Source: Botryllus schlosseri (lineage: Eukaryota). Taken from it: a stretch of DNA of 64,000 bases. Under the pieces are notes generated by a model, which worked only from the letters and a program-made list of their open reading frames with translations, had not been told where the DNA came from and ran no database searches. Both the position numbers and the translations under genes were made by a program. This document shows positions 53,401 through 64,000 of the stretch, piece by piece. How positions within the stretch are numbered: position 1 is the stretch's first letter; each line of letters opens with the position of its first letter. Location of the stretch: the NCBI GenBank assembly GCA_051294905.1, contig CM119383.1, positions 868,001-932,000 of the forward strand, given 5' to 3'.

Positions 53401-54978
53401 CTAATCTGGCTTGCTCCTATCGGATTAATGAATGTGGTTTGAAAATTTCATGTTGCCCTTGGGCCGATAACGTTCCAATAACGCACTATTACCATTCCGA
53501 AAAGATACCAATAAGCAATAGCAATAGCATACCTGATACAGATCATACATGAACATCTGTCCCATTTTGTACACAGGAACAGTCGCATAGATAGGACAAT
53601 TCATGCCTAGCTTCCCAACCAAGTACGGCAAGCATCCAAGATGTTGGGAGTCAGGAAAGGACAGCAATATAGCATCAATTTGGCTCATGTGTCTAAAAGT
53701 CAAAAAATCACAGTTACCTGTTGAGGGATCATGAATAAAAAACAAGGCAAGAAATAAAATTATCATTACTACACAATATGGCGGAGTTTCAGTATAAGTT
53801 ATGCGTATGATTTCAGATGAACACGCTTTTACGTCACTGCTCGCTGTTTCATCAAAGTGTAGTGTAGGATTGTTGAAAAATACTTTTTTTCGAGTGTTAT
53901 TGGCTACTCTATAAATTTGTCAGATAGACTAAAAAACGTTGCACACTAAATTTTGCTCAATTCTGACCTGAAGAAGCGAAGCCAAGCCATTAGAGATGAA
54001 AAATTTTCAATTCATTAAAAAAATGGATAATAATTCTCAAATTTTACTGGCAATCCCGTTAAATTGTCTAGAAAAAGGCTTCACACCAACCCCTAGAAGA
54101 GAAGGTGTTCAAAATTTTCGATAATTTGAAATATTAGTATTTACGGTGGGTAGAATTATTAATCAAAAAATTTCTCACCATCAATACTTTTCATTTCAAA
54201 TGCAAAATTTTACACTCGAATAACTTCGCATTTAATGGTTGGAATTGAGCCAAATTTAGTGCGCAGCGTTTTTTAACCAGCCTAACAATTTCATCACATA
54301 GCCGGTCAAGTTTGAAGAAAAAAGTTATTTTTGGTAAATCTAGTGTGTATTATTTCTAGCAGACAAATGGTGAACTGGAAACGACATAAAATTAGTAGGC
54401 AACAATCCGATTTGAACCTAGTTAGAATACATAAAATGCATCATCTATCAAACAGGAAAGGACATTGCATGAAATTAAGCAAAGCATACAAATTGGTCAG
54501 AGGGCCGGAGAAAAAATCAATACCTTCGGATCTTCCTGATAATGGTATCCGAGAACCACTCGTCCCATCCGCAGTCGAGAAGAAAAGTAAATTCATCGAC
54601 CTGAACCATAAATAACAGTTGTTGGAACATACCCTTCAAATCAATGATTTCTGCAATATTTTTTTTTCTCATAATATCCGTTCGTTCCATAGGCGACTTG
54701 TCATTGCACCGTATATTTGGTATTATTAGAGTTGCTACATTATCTGTGGGTTTGGTGTATGCATTTAAATGCGTGGATTTAGTTTTGAGGGGAGGTTATC
54801 CGGAATCAGAGTGAGTGAGTGGGGCTGACTATTACAGTATAAATTTTCAATTTAATGACGGTTAACAAAATTACCAAGCATAAACACAAATCGATTAAGA
54901 TCAAACCTGCAACAGGTAGCAGTTTGGTTCTTCATTCTTAGCTCCAGACAAGGCTGTGAACTTGATAATTGACGTCAT
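41494..54978 (-). CDS. CPSF2: Cleavage and polyadenylation specificity factor subunit 2 (CPSF100)
   Basis: 21 exons: 54907-54978 ([12 protein letters not shown]), 54524-54600 (FLLDCGWDE), 53533-53692 ([14 protein letters not shown]), 52948-53053, 52285-52428 ([17 protein letters not shown]), 50472-50618, 50320-50408 ([18 protein letters not shown]), 49884-49982, 49165-49287 (EWMSDK), 47803-47970, 47202-47287, 47045-47135, 46823-46926 ([10 protein letters not shown]), 46377-46483, 45535-45674 ([11 protein letters not shown]), 45327-45476 (GC donor), 44543-44677, 44223-44274, 43324-43394, 42470-42604 ([21 protein letters not shown]), 41494-41586 ([12 protein letters not shown]). Total 2349 nt, in frame. 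Confidence 0.97.
42657..43172. mobile_element. hAT-type MITE, same family as 9260-9888
   Basis: TIR tagggctcttcaaaaatgac at both ends, no TSD match. It lies ~50 bp from the CPSF2 exon 20 acceptor. Partial or diverged relatives occur at ~23780-24060, 41750-42090, 47400-47655, 50830-51318, 51799-52070 and 53870-54330. Confidence 0.8.
43600..43633 (+). ncRNA. Minimal type I hammerhead ribozyme-like motif (G12A variant) within a dispersed repeat
   Basis: ACCC-CTGATGA-G-TGTCAGC-C-[A]AAA-ATATT-C-GGGT has stem I (ACCC/GGGT), the CUGANGA core, a G10.1-C11.1 pair, palindromic stem III (AATATT) and a UUC cleavage triplet. Only G12 deviates. Confidence 0.55.
45781..46298. mobile_element. hAT-type MITE, same family as 9260-9888
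   Basis: TIR tagggctcttcaaaaat and perfect TSD ctgcacac. Confidence 0.88.
48328..48882. mobile_element. hAT-type MITE, GACTCGAGTC-rich family
   Basis: Termini cagggttgtaa/ttacaagcctg and TSD ctaccgac/ctacagac. An oppositely oriented relative lies at ~43660-44166 and another copy at ~26915-27425. Confidence 0.8.
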
Positions 54979-55290
54979 GAAGAGCTGGTACAATAATTCA
55001 ATCTAATCTATACAAGCACTATACAACGTCAACCAAAAATTTAAATTCAACTATAGGGACGCGATCTGGACACTGGGCAGAATTGGAGAACTGGAATTAG
55101 AATCATAGCGTAGCCATCCATTTTTCTAAAAATTACATTAGAATTCGAATGACTGAGTTCGCAAAAAAATTAATTTCAATTCAGCGTCCATCCTACACCA
55201 ATTTCAATTACTAAACTAATGCAATTACATGCATATGTGATATGATATAATCACATCTGAACTTCAAAGTGGAGCGTTTTGCAGCCCGAG

Positions 55291-56966
55291 CACTGCTGTA
55301 CCACTGCTGTCATCTGGGCCGAATACTTGTATGAAATTTCCTACGCGGAGAAAAGATATGACCTACCATTACCACTTTTAACAAATTACCTCCGGGAGGA
55401 TAAGTTAATACCTTTTCTGGATTCAATAGTGGTATAAATTACTTAACAATATGAAATAGCTTATTTCCAGCCGATATTTGTGTGATGTGATCGCATTCGC
55501 AACAATACACCATTGCTTCGGTCAATTTGACCCTATCAATATATCTTATCGGTAGGGTAAGTTATACTTTGTTCCGGAACATGAGTTATACCTTTTCTGA
55601 ATCTCATAGTCGTCTACTTTACGCCCAAGTTGAAAAGAACTTATTTTGAGGTACACAAGTAACCCTAAAATCCAACTGAATACGTCGGATCTAATCGCTA
55701 CAAAGGGCAATTCACAATCGCTTCACGCAATTTGACCATGTGAATATATGCTATCGGTAGGGTGACTTATACTTTGTTCCGGAAGATGAGTTATACCTTT
55801 TCTGAATCTCATAGTCGTCTACTTTACACCCAAACTGGAGAGAACTTATTTTGAGGTACACAAGTAACCCCAAAATCCAACTGAATACGTCGGATCTGAT
55901 CGCTACAAAGGACAATTCACAATCGTTTCACGCAATTTGACCATGTGAATATATCCTATCGGTAGGGTGACTTATACTTTGTTCCGGAAGATAAGTTATA
56001 CCTTTTCTGAATCCAGGGATATATAGAACTATTAGATGACTATTAGATTCAGAAAAGGTATAAATCATATTCCGGAACAAAGTTAAACTTACCCTACCGA
56101 TAAGATATGTTGATATGGTCAAATTGCATGAAACGCTGTGAATTGCCCTCTGTGGTGATCTGATCCGAAATATTTAGGTGGGTTTTCGGGTTACTTGTGT
56201 AGGCTACCTCGAAATCACTTGTCTCTAGTCTGGGTGTAAAATAGAAGACTATTAGATTCAGTAAAGGTATAACTTATCTTCCGGAACAAAGTATAAGTCA
56301 CCCTACCGATAGGATATATTCGCATGGTCAAATTGCGTGAAGCGATTGTGAACTGCCCTTTGTAGCGATCAAATACGACGTATTCAGTTGGATTTTGGGG
56401 TTACTTGTGTACCTCAAAATAAGTTCTCTCCAGTTTGGGTGTAAAGTAGACGACTATGAGATTCAGAAAAGGTATAACTCATCTTCCGGAACAAAGTATA
56501 AGTCACCCAACCGATAGGATATATTCACATGGTCAAATTGCGTGAAGCGATTGTGAATTGCCCTTTGTAGCGATCAGATCCGACGTATTCAGTTGGATTT
56601 TAGGGTTACTTGTGTACCTCAAAATAAGTTCTCTTCAGTTTGGGTGTAAAGTAGACGACTATGAGATTCAGAAAAGGTATAACTCATGTTCCGGAACAAA
56701 GTATAAGTTACCCTACCGATAAGATATATTGATAGGGTCAAATTGACCGAAGCAATGGTGTATTGTTGCGAATGCGATCACATCACACAAATATCGGCTG
56801 GAAATAAGCTATTTCATATTGTTAAGTAATTTATACCACTATTGAATCCAGAAAAGGTATTAACTTATCTTCCCGGAGGAAATTCGTTAAAAATGGTAAT
56901 GGTAGGTCATATATTTTTTCCGCGTATGAAATTTCATACAAGTATTCGGCCCAGATGACAGCAGTG
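55291..56966. mobile_element. Foldback-type non-autonomous element: ~720/930-bp inverted arms containing 205-bp tandem units
   Basis: Termini are CACTGCTGT..ACAGCAGTG. The left arm (55302-56014) is mirrored by the right arm (~56040-56966). The unit start ggtaggg recurs at 55551, 55756 and 55961 (period 205), with 3+ inverted units on the right. The element is flanked by cccgag on both sides. Confidence 0.88.
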
Positions 56967-59440
56967 CCCGAGCGCGGTCATTACAAACTTATTTTGGCGT
57001 TGCCGGGGATTGTAGAACCGACGAGTCTGACGGATGCTACGATGAAAATACTCGCGAACAATGCCGATGTACATGGAACTACGCACAGTGGGGACCGTAT
57101 ATTTTATATGTATGTATGTATGTTTATATAGCTCAGTGGTACCGTACGACAACACAGCTTAACCCGATCGAAACGGCACACTCATTAATGATTACTGAGC
57201 GTATTTTCACGAACACGCTTTACTTAATCCAAAATTTCCTGGGTTTTTCTGGTCGTAGACAATTACAACTATAACAGATGGATAGCTATTATCAATACGC
57301 ATACGTCAAGCCATAAATAACATCTTATACTATCGAATAGCCTGTTCAAAATGCAGATTGAATACATAAAAACGTTTTGCGCAAAATACAATTCGCCACG
57401 ACGTTCGCGTGAATGTGCGCGCGTGAGATAAACCAGCGCCCGTGACCTAAATCAGCGCATCTCCGAGACATCAAATTCATTTGCAGATCTTTTCTCCTAA
57501 CATGTGCTGGTTATGCCCATTGCCCATCTATTGGAATACTTATAATCAAAAATTAGTCGCACAGAAGATTCTTCGAACTGGAAGTAAAATTATGTTACGA
57601 AATAACATGCGCCGGTTTTAGCAATGTATTTTCTGTTGCTGTTGAAGATTACGCATATTGAATATTTTTGCTATTCATACTAATACACCAATACTGCCAT
57701 GATGTTCTTCAGCGAGCTACAAGATCTCCGCTATTGATATGACAGCAAATTTATGTCCGTAAATGGCTTCACTTCTGGTGGAAATGTTTCACGTATTTCC
57801 CGTAGTAGCGAATAAAAAGAAATGCACTGGCACATCAATGCTCCGGTCGCGATTCTGGTATTGAAAGGTATTTTCGTGTCTGCTCGAGATTTCCGTCCAC
57901 AACGCGCAGGTCATTTATGAAAATTTGACGACCAGCAAAGCCAGGCATCAAATCCCGGTTCCATCTAATCAAAGCACTTTCTTGATTCAAAGTATTTTAT
58001 TCGTCCATGATTCACGAGAGAGGCAAGAAAATTCGGCGTAACTCTGTCAAAGCAGTTGACCTATTATCATTGCAGTGTGGGCAACGAATATAATTGCAAT
58101 AACTTCAGTTGCCAATGCTATAATGGTTTCTTACGTTTTTCCATGTGTTGGTGCTAGATGTGCTGGTTTGTTATTATTTCGATTTGCTATTGCATTACAC
58201 ACGTGGTGCATTATTTCATGATATATTGCGCCATGCAATAAATTCTTTTACAAAAATATGGTTGAATGTCGATTTTCAATTTAGCGGATCGAGGTATGTA
58301 GAGTCTGCGGTCACGAACGCACTTCGAAACTGATTGCTGCGATGCGCGTGTTGTACAACAGCAATGTTAGTTTCAACACATGGCACTAACTCGTACAAAG
58401 GATAGACAAGCGATTACATATACCGACGTTGTGAAATGAATCATTTGAACGTCCGCGATACTATGTTATTACCCAAACAATAACACGCGGTAATATATTT
58501 GCTGTTGTGATTAGCGCAGATTCGCTGTTGCAGATTACGCATATCGATTGCTGCTTTTTATACTAATACAGCATTACCAGCATGATAATGTGCAACGAGG
58601 TACAAGATCTCCAACGCGCAATCGATATGACAGCAAAGTTATGTCCGTAAATGGCTTCACTTCTGGTGAAAATGTTTCAGATCTGGCCCATGGTAGAGAA
58701 CAAAAGCAAAATATGGCTGAATGTCCAATGTCCATTGTCAAATTAGCGAATAAAATAGGTGTGTAGAGTCAGCGGTCGAGTTGTGCACTTCGAAGCTGAT
58801 TGCTGCGGTGCGCATGTCGTGAACACTGGGTTTTCAAAATGCCTATTTGTTCAATAGACAGCCCTTGTCTCAAAGCGATTGTGTACATCACGATTATCGA
58901 TAAAAGGCTTGCATAATATGACCTAATCTTTTTTCAAATGCCCAGTAAAATATCAGTGAAACACTGTATTTTATATTGCAGGTATGACTACCTGTCAATC
59001 CAACCACTATATATTCAGTTCTAGTTGTTATACAAGAGCAAGGTGTGTTTCGACAAAGCACTATCTAGTACTTAGTGACTCGTACAAAGCTAATATATAC
59101 ACCGGCGCGGTGAAATGAATCATTGAACGTCGTCGATACTAGAATAACTCACGGCGCGTGTATGTGCGCCGAATGCGAGACGCCTGGCATCAATCGCGCT
59201 ATATCCAACTGTAGCCATCGCTATATCAGCGGTCGTTACTCTCGATTGTATTATCGTAAGAACCTCACTCAGGTCATTTTAGAATCCTGATATCCTTGCG
59301 AAATCAGTCAGGCGATGATTCTATCCCGAGCAGGTCTTTGTATGACGTAGTCGCAAATTCAAAAATCAAATTCTCTTTTATTTTCTAAAAGTTGAGAACA
59401 CTTCTTGGTATAGGGGCATCACCTGTTTCTCTCTCGCTTT

Positions 59441-60070
59441 GAGAGTAGCTCAGTTGGTTAGGCGGCTGTTTCACGATTACAGCAATATATTGGGTGTCGG
59501 TTCAACTCCCGTGGTTCGGATTTTATGAACATTTTACTAAATGCATTGAAATTTGGACTTGAGGCCGGCCGTTTCGATCGGGTTAAGATAATGGGCCTAG
59601 GTCAGTTATTCGACCACCTGGAAGAGTTGACGCAGTTGAAATTCAAAATCGAACACTGTTGTATCGGACATTAGGCCTAGGAGGATGCGACGTGATATGT
59701 AAGATGCTACATTGAGGGACCGTGCTTGATCTTAATTTCGACACCGTCTGTTCATATCTTCTCATTGCAACGCGTTGCGTCATGCCTTGTGTACCTCATT
59801 AATCATATGTGATCATTACCGGACCACGACCTGACCTATCGATCTCGCCTTCCATGATATGCCACCCACCCCATCTTTGTCGCTTGCTTTTTTCTATTCT
59901 ATCTTCTTTTACTTTTCATTCAGTGTGTAATGTGTATGCCTCCTCTTTACATCGCCTAAGGCGGAGGTGGGTGTCTGATTCCATAGATTACTCCAAGTCG
60001 CTTCGACACCTTCCTATCTTTTCATTGTATCGCATTTTTGTGGTGTATTGAACTGATAAAAATTGCTAAT
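59441..60070 (+). mobile_element. tRNA-derived SINE candidate with a LINE-type 3' tail
   Basis: A-box TAGCTCAGTTGG at 59446-59457 and B-box GGTTCAACTCC at 59499-59509. From ~59810 the sequence matches the LINE 3' UTR family described at 15205-15480. Confidence 0.55.
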
Positions 60071-60377
60071 AAACCAATGATGGTGATCATGAAAACTAGA
60101 ACCGCCGACTATATAACGCACAGAACGCTCCAAGACGTTCGCACGCTTGTTTACTCGAACGCGTTACCTTGCCGCACAGATGCGCAAATGTATGTGCCCG
60201 TGAAGGGTAGCAGGCAATAATCAGGCTGCTGGTCTTATACTTCGTGGGGCATATACTTAAACATACATTATGTTGCACTTTTTAAACTTTGCGACGTGAC
60301 GATAACCGAGACTTCCCCGATCTTGCAGCTGCGTGATGGACTGCTGGTGCATGTTGGCTCCAATGATATATATAGAG

Positions 60378-61694
60378 CAGTGGTCGGGAACCTATGGCTC
60401 GCGAGCCATATATGGCTCTTTTGGGTATAAGATATGGCTCTTTGCCAAATTTTCATTTTTGTACTGAATTGATCAATATTGCTGCCACTTGTTAGTAAAT
60501 TTTCATCACGTCTAGCAGAATAATTATCTTGTGGTAGTAAAAGCATGTCTTTGAGAGGTAAAGACGATGTCGTATTCAGGGTTAGGGGTTCGTACTCTCC
60601 CTTTCAAAATCCTCCAATTTGATTGCTATCACTCGCTAATTCGTTGTACCCGACTCTAGGATTGCACGACACGTTGATTGATCAAAGAGAATAGCAGACA
60701 CATGATGACGCCTATATGAAAATGCAGATTTTAAATACACATTGTCTTCCTATGATCTACGGTGAGAAATGAACTGCCGTGGAAGTGGCATTCACAATTG
60801 CAAATTCAAATTACTAACAACGCCATGGCTAGCCACGTTCTTGATTGATAACTATAGCTTCGTAGTATCGACGATAAAATGTAGGCGTGTAGCGCAAAGT
60901 TATGTTACCGTCGAATACTTCGAGAATTGAGAAGTCGATCAATATTTAGATTTTCGGAATCCACTGCGACAGTTACATTCGATTAATATCAGTTATTATA
61001 AATTTTAGGCTATTTGCGATGAATTGCGATATCAATGGCGAGGCTTGGCCCATCCGTGCCTTAAACCTCTCGTCTCGCGCATTATTTTCGAACAATAAAT
61101 ACCTCAATTGCGTGATTTTGGGTGTAAGAATGTTCAAAATCTAGTCATTGATGAACATCGATGGAAAATACCAATAGTAATTTAAGGTTTCACAATTTTT
61201 GTTCACTCATCCTGACGACAGGTGAGGCACTGCGTCACTGGCCTCCCCTGATACCCCAGGTCCCTGATGTATCACACCCTACGGTGGGTATATATTGCTG
61301 TGATGGCATCACGACGAACATATGTTCTCGTATAACTGACGAAAGTCTCAAATTTTGTATGAAACTTAGAACCTCACCATTATCAGCCAAGGCTACAAAG
61401 GTATCAGTAATACCATGTGAACAGTGAACTGTAAAAAACGTGTGAATATAGTAGATTCACTTTTTGCTGTTATCTACGTCCGTTGGAAATGTTAATTTTC
61501 TTAAGCTTCGAAAAGAGAAAATGCGGCGTAGACGACGAATCCCATGTAGATATAGTTCAAATCAGTGATACCATGACGTCACGAATTTTCAATTGTGACG
61601 TAACAATTGATTATCATGTATGGCTCTTTGGAAGTTAAAATGGAAAAAATAGGGCCAATATGGCTCTTCGGGCGAAAAAGGTTCCCGACCACTG
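60378..61694. mobile_element. Internally deleted hAT (Charlie/Buster-like) element
   Basis: Perfect 16-bp TIR cagtggtcgggaacct and perfect 8-bp TSD atatagag. The end of ORF 61161-61427 (KFCMKLRTSPLSAKATKVSVIPCEQ) resembles a decayed hAT dimerisation domain. Confidence 0.88.
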
Positions 61695-61910
61695 ATATAG
61701 AGTATACAGGTTGGCCCTATATACTATGCGTATCTGTACCAGAGGCAGAGGCGGCCGCGGTGTCGAAGTAGGCCTACTTTGAAGTATTCTTGACATATAT
61801 CTATTAATCTATCTATGGTTGTAATAAAGTCGAAATTTACATGTACATTTGTACATTGTACATGAGTTGAGTATAGCAACGCGCCCTGACTGCTTAGTCC
61901 ACGTAAAAGG

Positions 61911-61941
61911 CAGGGATATCTAGAGTTTCTAGATATCCCTG
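61911..61941. mobile_element. 31-bp TIR-only hAT-type micro-element (second copy at 63128-63158)
   Basis: CAGGGATATCTAGA-GTT-TCTAGATATCCCTG forms a perfect 14-bp inverted repeat flanked by the perfect 8-bp direct repeat gtaaaagg. Confidence 0.75.
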
Positions 61942-62122
61942 GTAAAAGGGTCCAAAAGAAATGTGGTTGATCCACCGAATACTAGCCAGTCTTCCGGATT
62001 ACACCTGACAACGACCTAACATCGACCTCGCCCTCCGCCACATGCCACCTCATTTTGTCACTTGCGTCATAATTCTCTGCATTACTTTTCATTCAGTGCG
62101 CAATGTGCATATGGCAATATGG

Positions 62123-62939
62123 CAATATGGCGGAGTTTCAGTATAAGTTATGCGTATGATTTCAGATGAACACGCTTTTACGTCACTGCTCGCTGTTTCA
62201 TCAAAGTGTAGTGTAGGATTGTTGAAAAATACTTTTTTTCGAGTGTTATTGGCTACTCTATAAATTTGTCAGATAGACTAAAAAACGTTGCACACTAAAT
62301 TTTGCTCAATTCTGACCTGAAGAAGCGAAGCCAAGCCATTAGAGATGAAAAATTTTCAATTCATTAAAAAAATGGATAATAATTCTCAAATTTTACTGGC
62401 AATCCCGTTAAATTGTCTAGAAAAAGGCTTCACACCAAATTTGCTTCATTCCAACCCCTAGAAGAGAAGGTGTTCAAAATTTTAGATAATTTGAAATATT
62501 AGTATTTACGGTGGGTAGAATTATTAATCAAAAAATTTCTCACCATCAATACTTTTCATTTCAAATGCAAAATTTTATACTCGAATAACTTCGCATTTAA
62601 TGGTTGGAATTGAGCCAAATTTAGTGCGCAGCGTTTTTTAACCAGCCTAACAATTTCATCACATAGCCGGTCAAGTTTGAAGAAAAAAGTTATTTTTGGT
62701 AAATCTAGTGTGTATTATTTCTAGCAGACAAATGGTGAACTGGAAACGACATAAAATTAGTAGGCAACAATCCGATTTGAACCTAGTTAGAATACATAAA
62801 ATGCATTATCTATCAAACAGGAAAGGACATTGCATGAAATTAAGCAAAGCATACAAATTGGTCAGAGGGCCGGAGAAAAAACCAATACCTTCGGATCTTC
62901 CTGATAATGGTATCCGAGAACCACTCGTCCCATCCGCAG
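62123..62939 (-). pseudogene. Duplicated fragment of CPSF2 intron 2 plus 51 bp of exon 2
   Basis: Near-identical to 53774-54574. Positions 62889-62939 copy the part of exon 2 encoding (C)[15 protein letters not shown] together with its donor site. Confidence 0.93.
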
Positions 62940-64000
62940 CCCTATATACTATGCGTATCTGTACCAGAGGCAGAGGCGGTCGCGGTGTCGAAGTAGGCCT
63001 ACTTTGAAGTATTCTTGACATATATCTATTAATCTATCTATGGTTGTAATAAAGTCGAAATTTACATGTACATTGTACATGAGTTGAGTATAGCAACGCG
63101 CCCTGACTGCTTAGTCCACGTAAAAGGCAGGGATATCTAGAGTTTCTAGATATCCCTGGTAAAAGGGTCCAAAAGAAATGTGGTTGATCCACCGAATACT
63201 AGCCAGTCTTCCGGATTACACCTGACATCGACCTAACATCGACCTCGCCCTCCGCCACATGCCACCTCATTTTGTCACTTGCGTCATAATTCTCTGCATT
63301 ACTTTTCATTCAGTGCGCAATGTGCATGCCTCTTTACTTCGCCTAGGCTAAGGTGGGTGTCTGGGCTACTCCACGTTGTTTCGACACCTTCCTATCTTTT
63401 AATTGTATCGCAGTCTTGTGATGTTTTGAAACGATGAAAATATTAATAAACCTGATTGATTGATTGATATGTTACGACGTGGTTTCAGGCCGGACACACT
63501 GAATTAATTGTACCCTTTCATATTCTCGAACTCGGGTAACCTATTGTATTCTTATTCAAGAAATGTTCAGTAGATGCAATTTGTTTTATTCTTTTACAAA
63601 AATTACACACATGAATATACCGGAACTGGGGGACATGTCAAAGAACTGATTAAATTAGGAGACGCAATCAATATCATTTTGCTGTTGTTGTATCAAAGCG
63701 ATCTGTAGGAAATCGAAACATTTCACATACACCAATCAAAACGATGCGCGAGTAACCCAATAGGTCGCTAAGCCTATTCCTTTGTTTATATAGCCCCTGC
63801 GAGCAGGTACTAACAATGGAGTCACGTAAAGGTTTCATAAAACGAGCGTGTAACAAATCAACTTCGCCGAAGAGCCGGGTTGTTTACTTTGATGATATTA
63901 GACTTGCCTTATCTAAATATGCTGTAACCAGTAAGACATCCCCAGTGCTCAGTATATCGAAACTATTGTCCAGAATAAAGACAGCAGTTTATGCAGAAAT

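Larger units (their letters stand above)
61714..63327. repeat. ~390-bp direct repeats (61714-62110 and 62939-63327) flanking the CPSF2-derived insert
   Basis: Both copies start gccctatatactatgcgtatctg and end cagtgcgcaatgtgcat. They differ by an 8-bp indel and at least two substitutions. Confidence 0.93.

Noticed and set aside
53778-53810. ATGGCGGAGTTTCAG as the start of a nested plus-strand gene
   Set aside because: The frame stops after 10 codons and no downstream exon could be supported.
54331-54615. Duplicated plus-strand ORF (also 62696-63007) as a paralogous gene pair
   Set aside because: It is antisense to CPSF2 exon 2/intron 2 and appears twice only because of the segmental copy.
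20138-54978. Operon of the three co-oriented genes
   Set aside because: The gaps between coding regions are 2.8 and 5.8 kb, filled with repeats and candidate promoter motifs, unlike compact operons.
55540-56760. CRISPR array
   Set aside because: The units are contiguous 205-bp repeats with no unique spacers, in a eukaryotic context with no cas genes.
59441-59515. Functional tRNA gene
   Set aside because: A and B boxes are present, but I could not fold a convincing acceptor or anticodon stem. It is better explained as a SINE head.
63674-63856. Minus-strand ORF near the window end
   Set aside because: No recognisable motif or supported splice partner within the window.

Overview
This is AT-rich eukaryotic (metazoan, invertebrate-like) genomic DNA, so the ORF track mostly shows exon fragments. 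By manual splicing, three intron-rich genes lie on the minus strand. They are an EF-hand/WD40 protein of the WDR49/EFCAB8/WDY family (20 exons traced, 3' end unresolved below 1963), HYOU1/GRP170 (26 exons, ~964 aa, ends KQEL) and CPSF2 (21 exons, ~782 aa). A small plus-strand spliced gene candidate, absent from the ORF track, lies at ~17.5-19.6 kb. Introns and intergenic DNA are crowded with non-autonomous hAT-type elements with 8-bp TSDs (often nested), a pogo-like MITE, LINE 3' ends, a tRNA-headed SINE and a 1.7-kb foldback element. Highlights: (1) a dispersed short repeat whose consensus forms a minimal type I hammerhead ribozyme of the Penelope/retrozyme kind; (2) a duplication at 61.7-63.3 kb that captured 0.8 kb of CPSF2 intron 2/exon 2; (3) repeated insertion of MITEs into the TIRs of other MITEs; (4) a 31-bp TIR-only element with a perfect TSD; (5) three GC-AG introns. 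All coordinates were derived by hand and no database searches were run.
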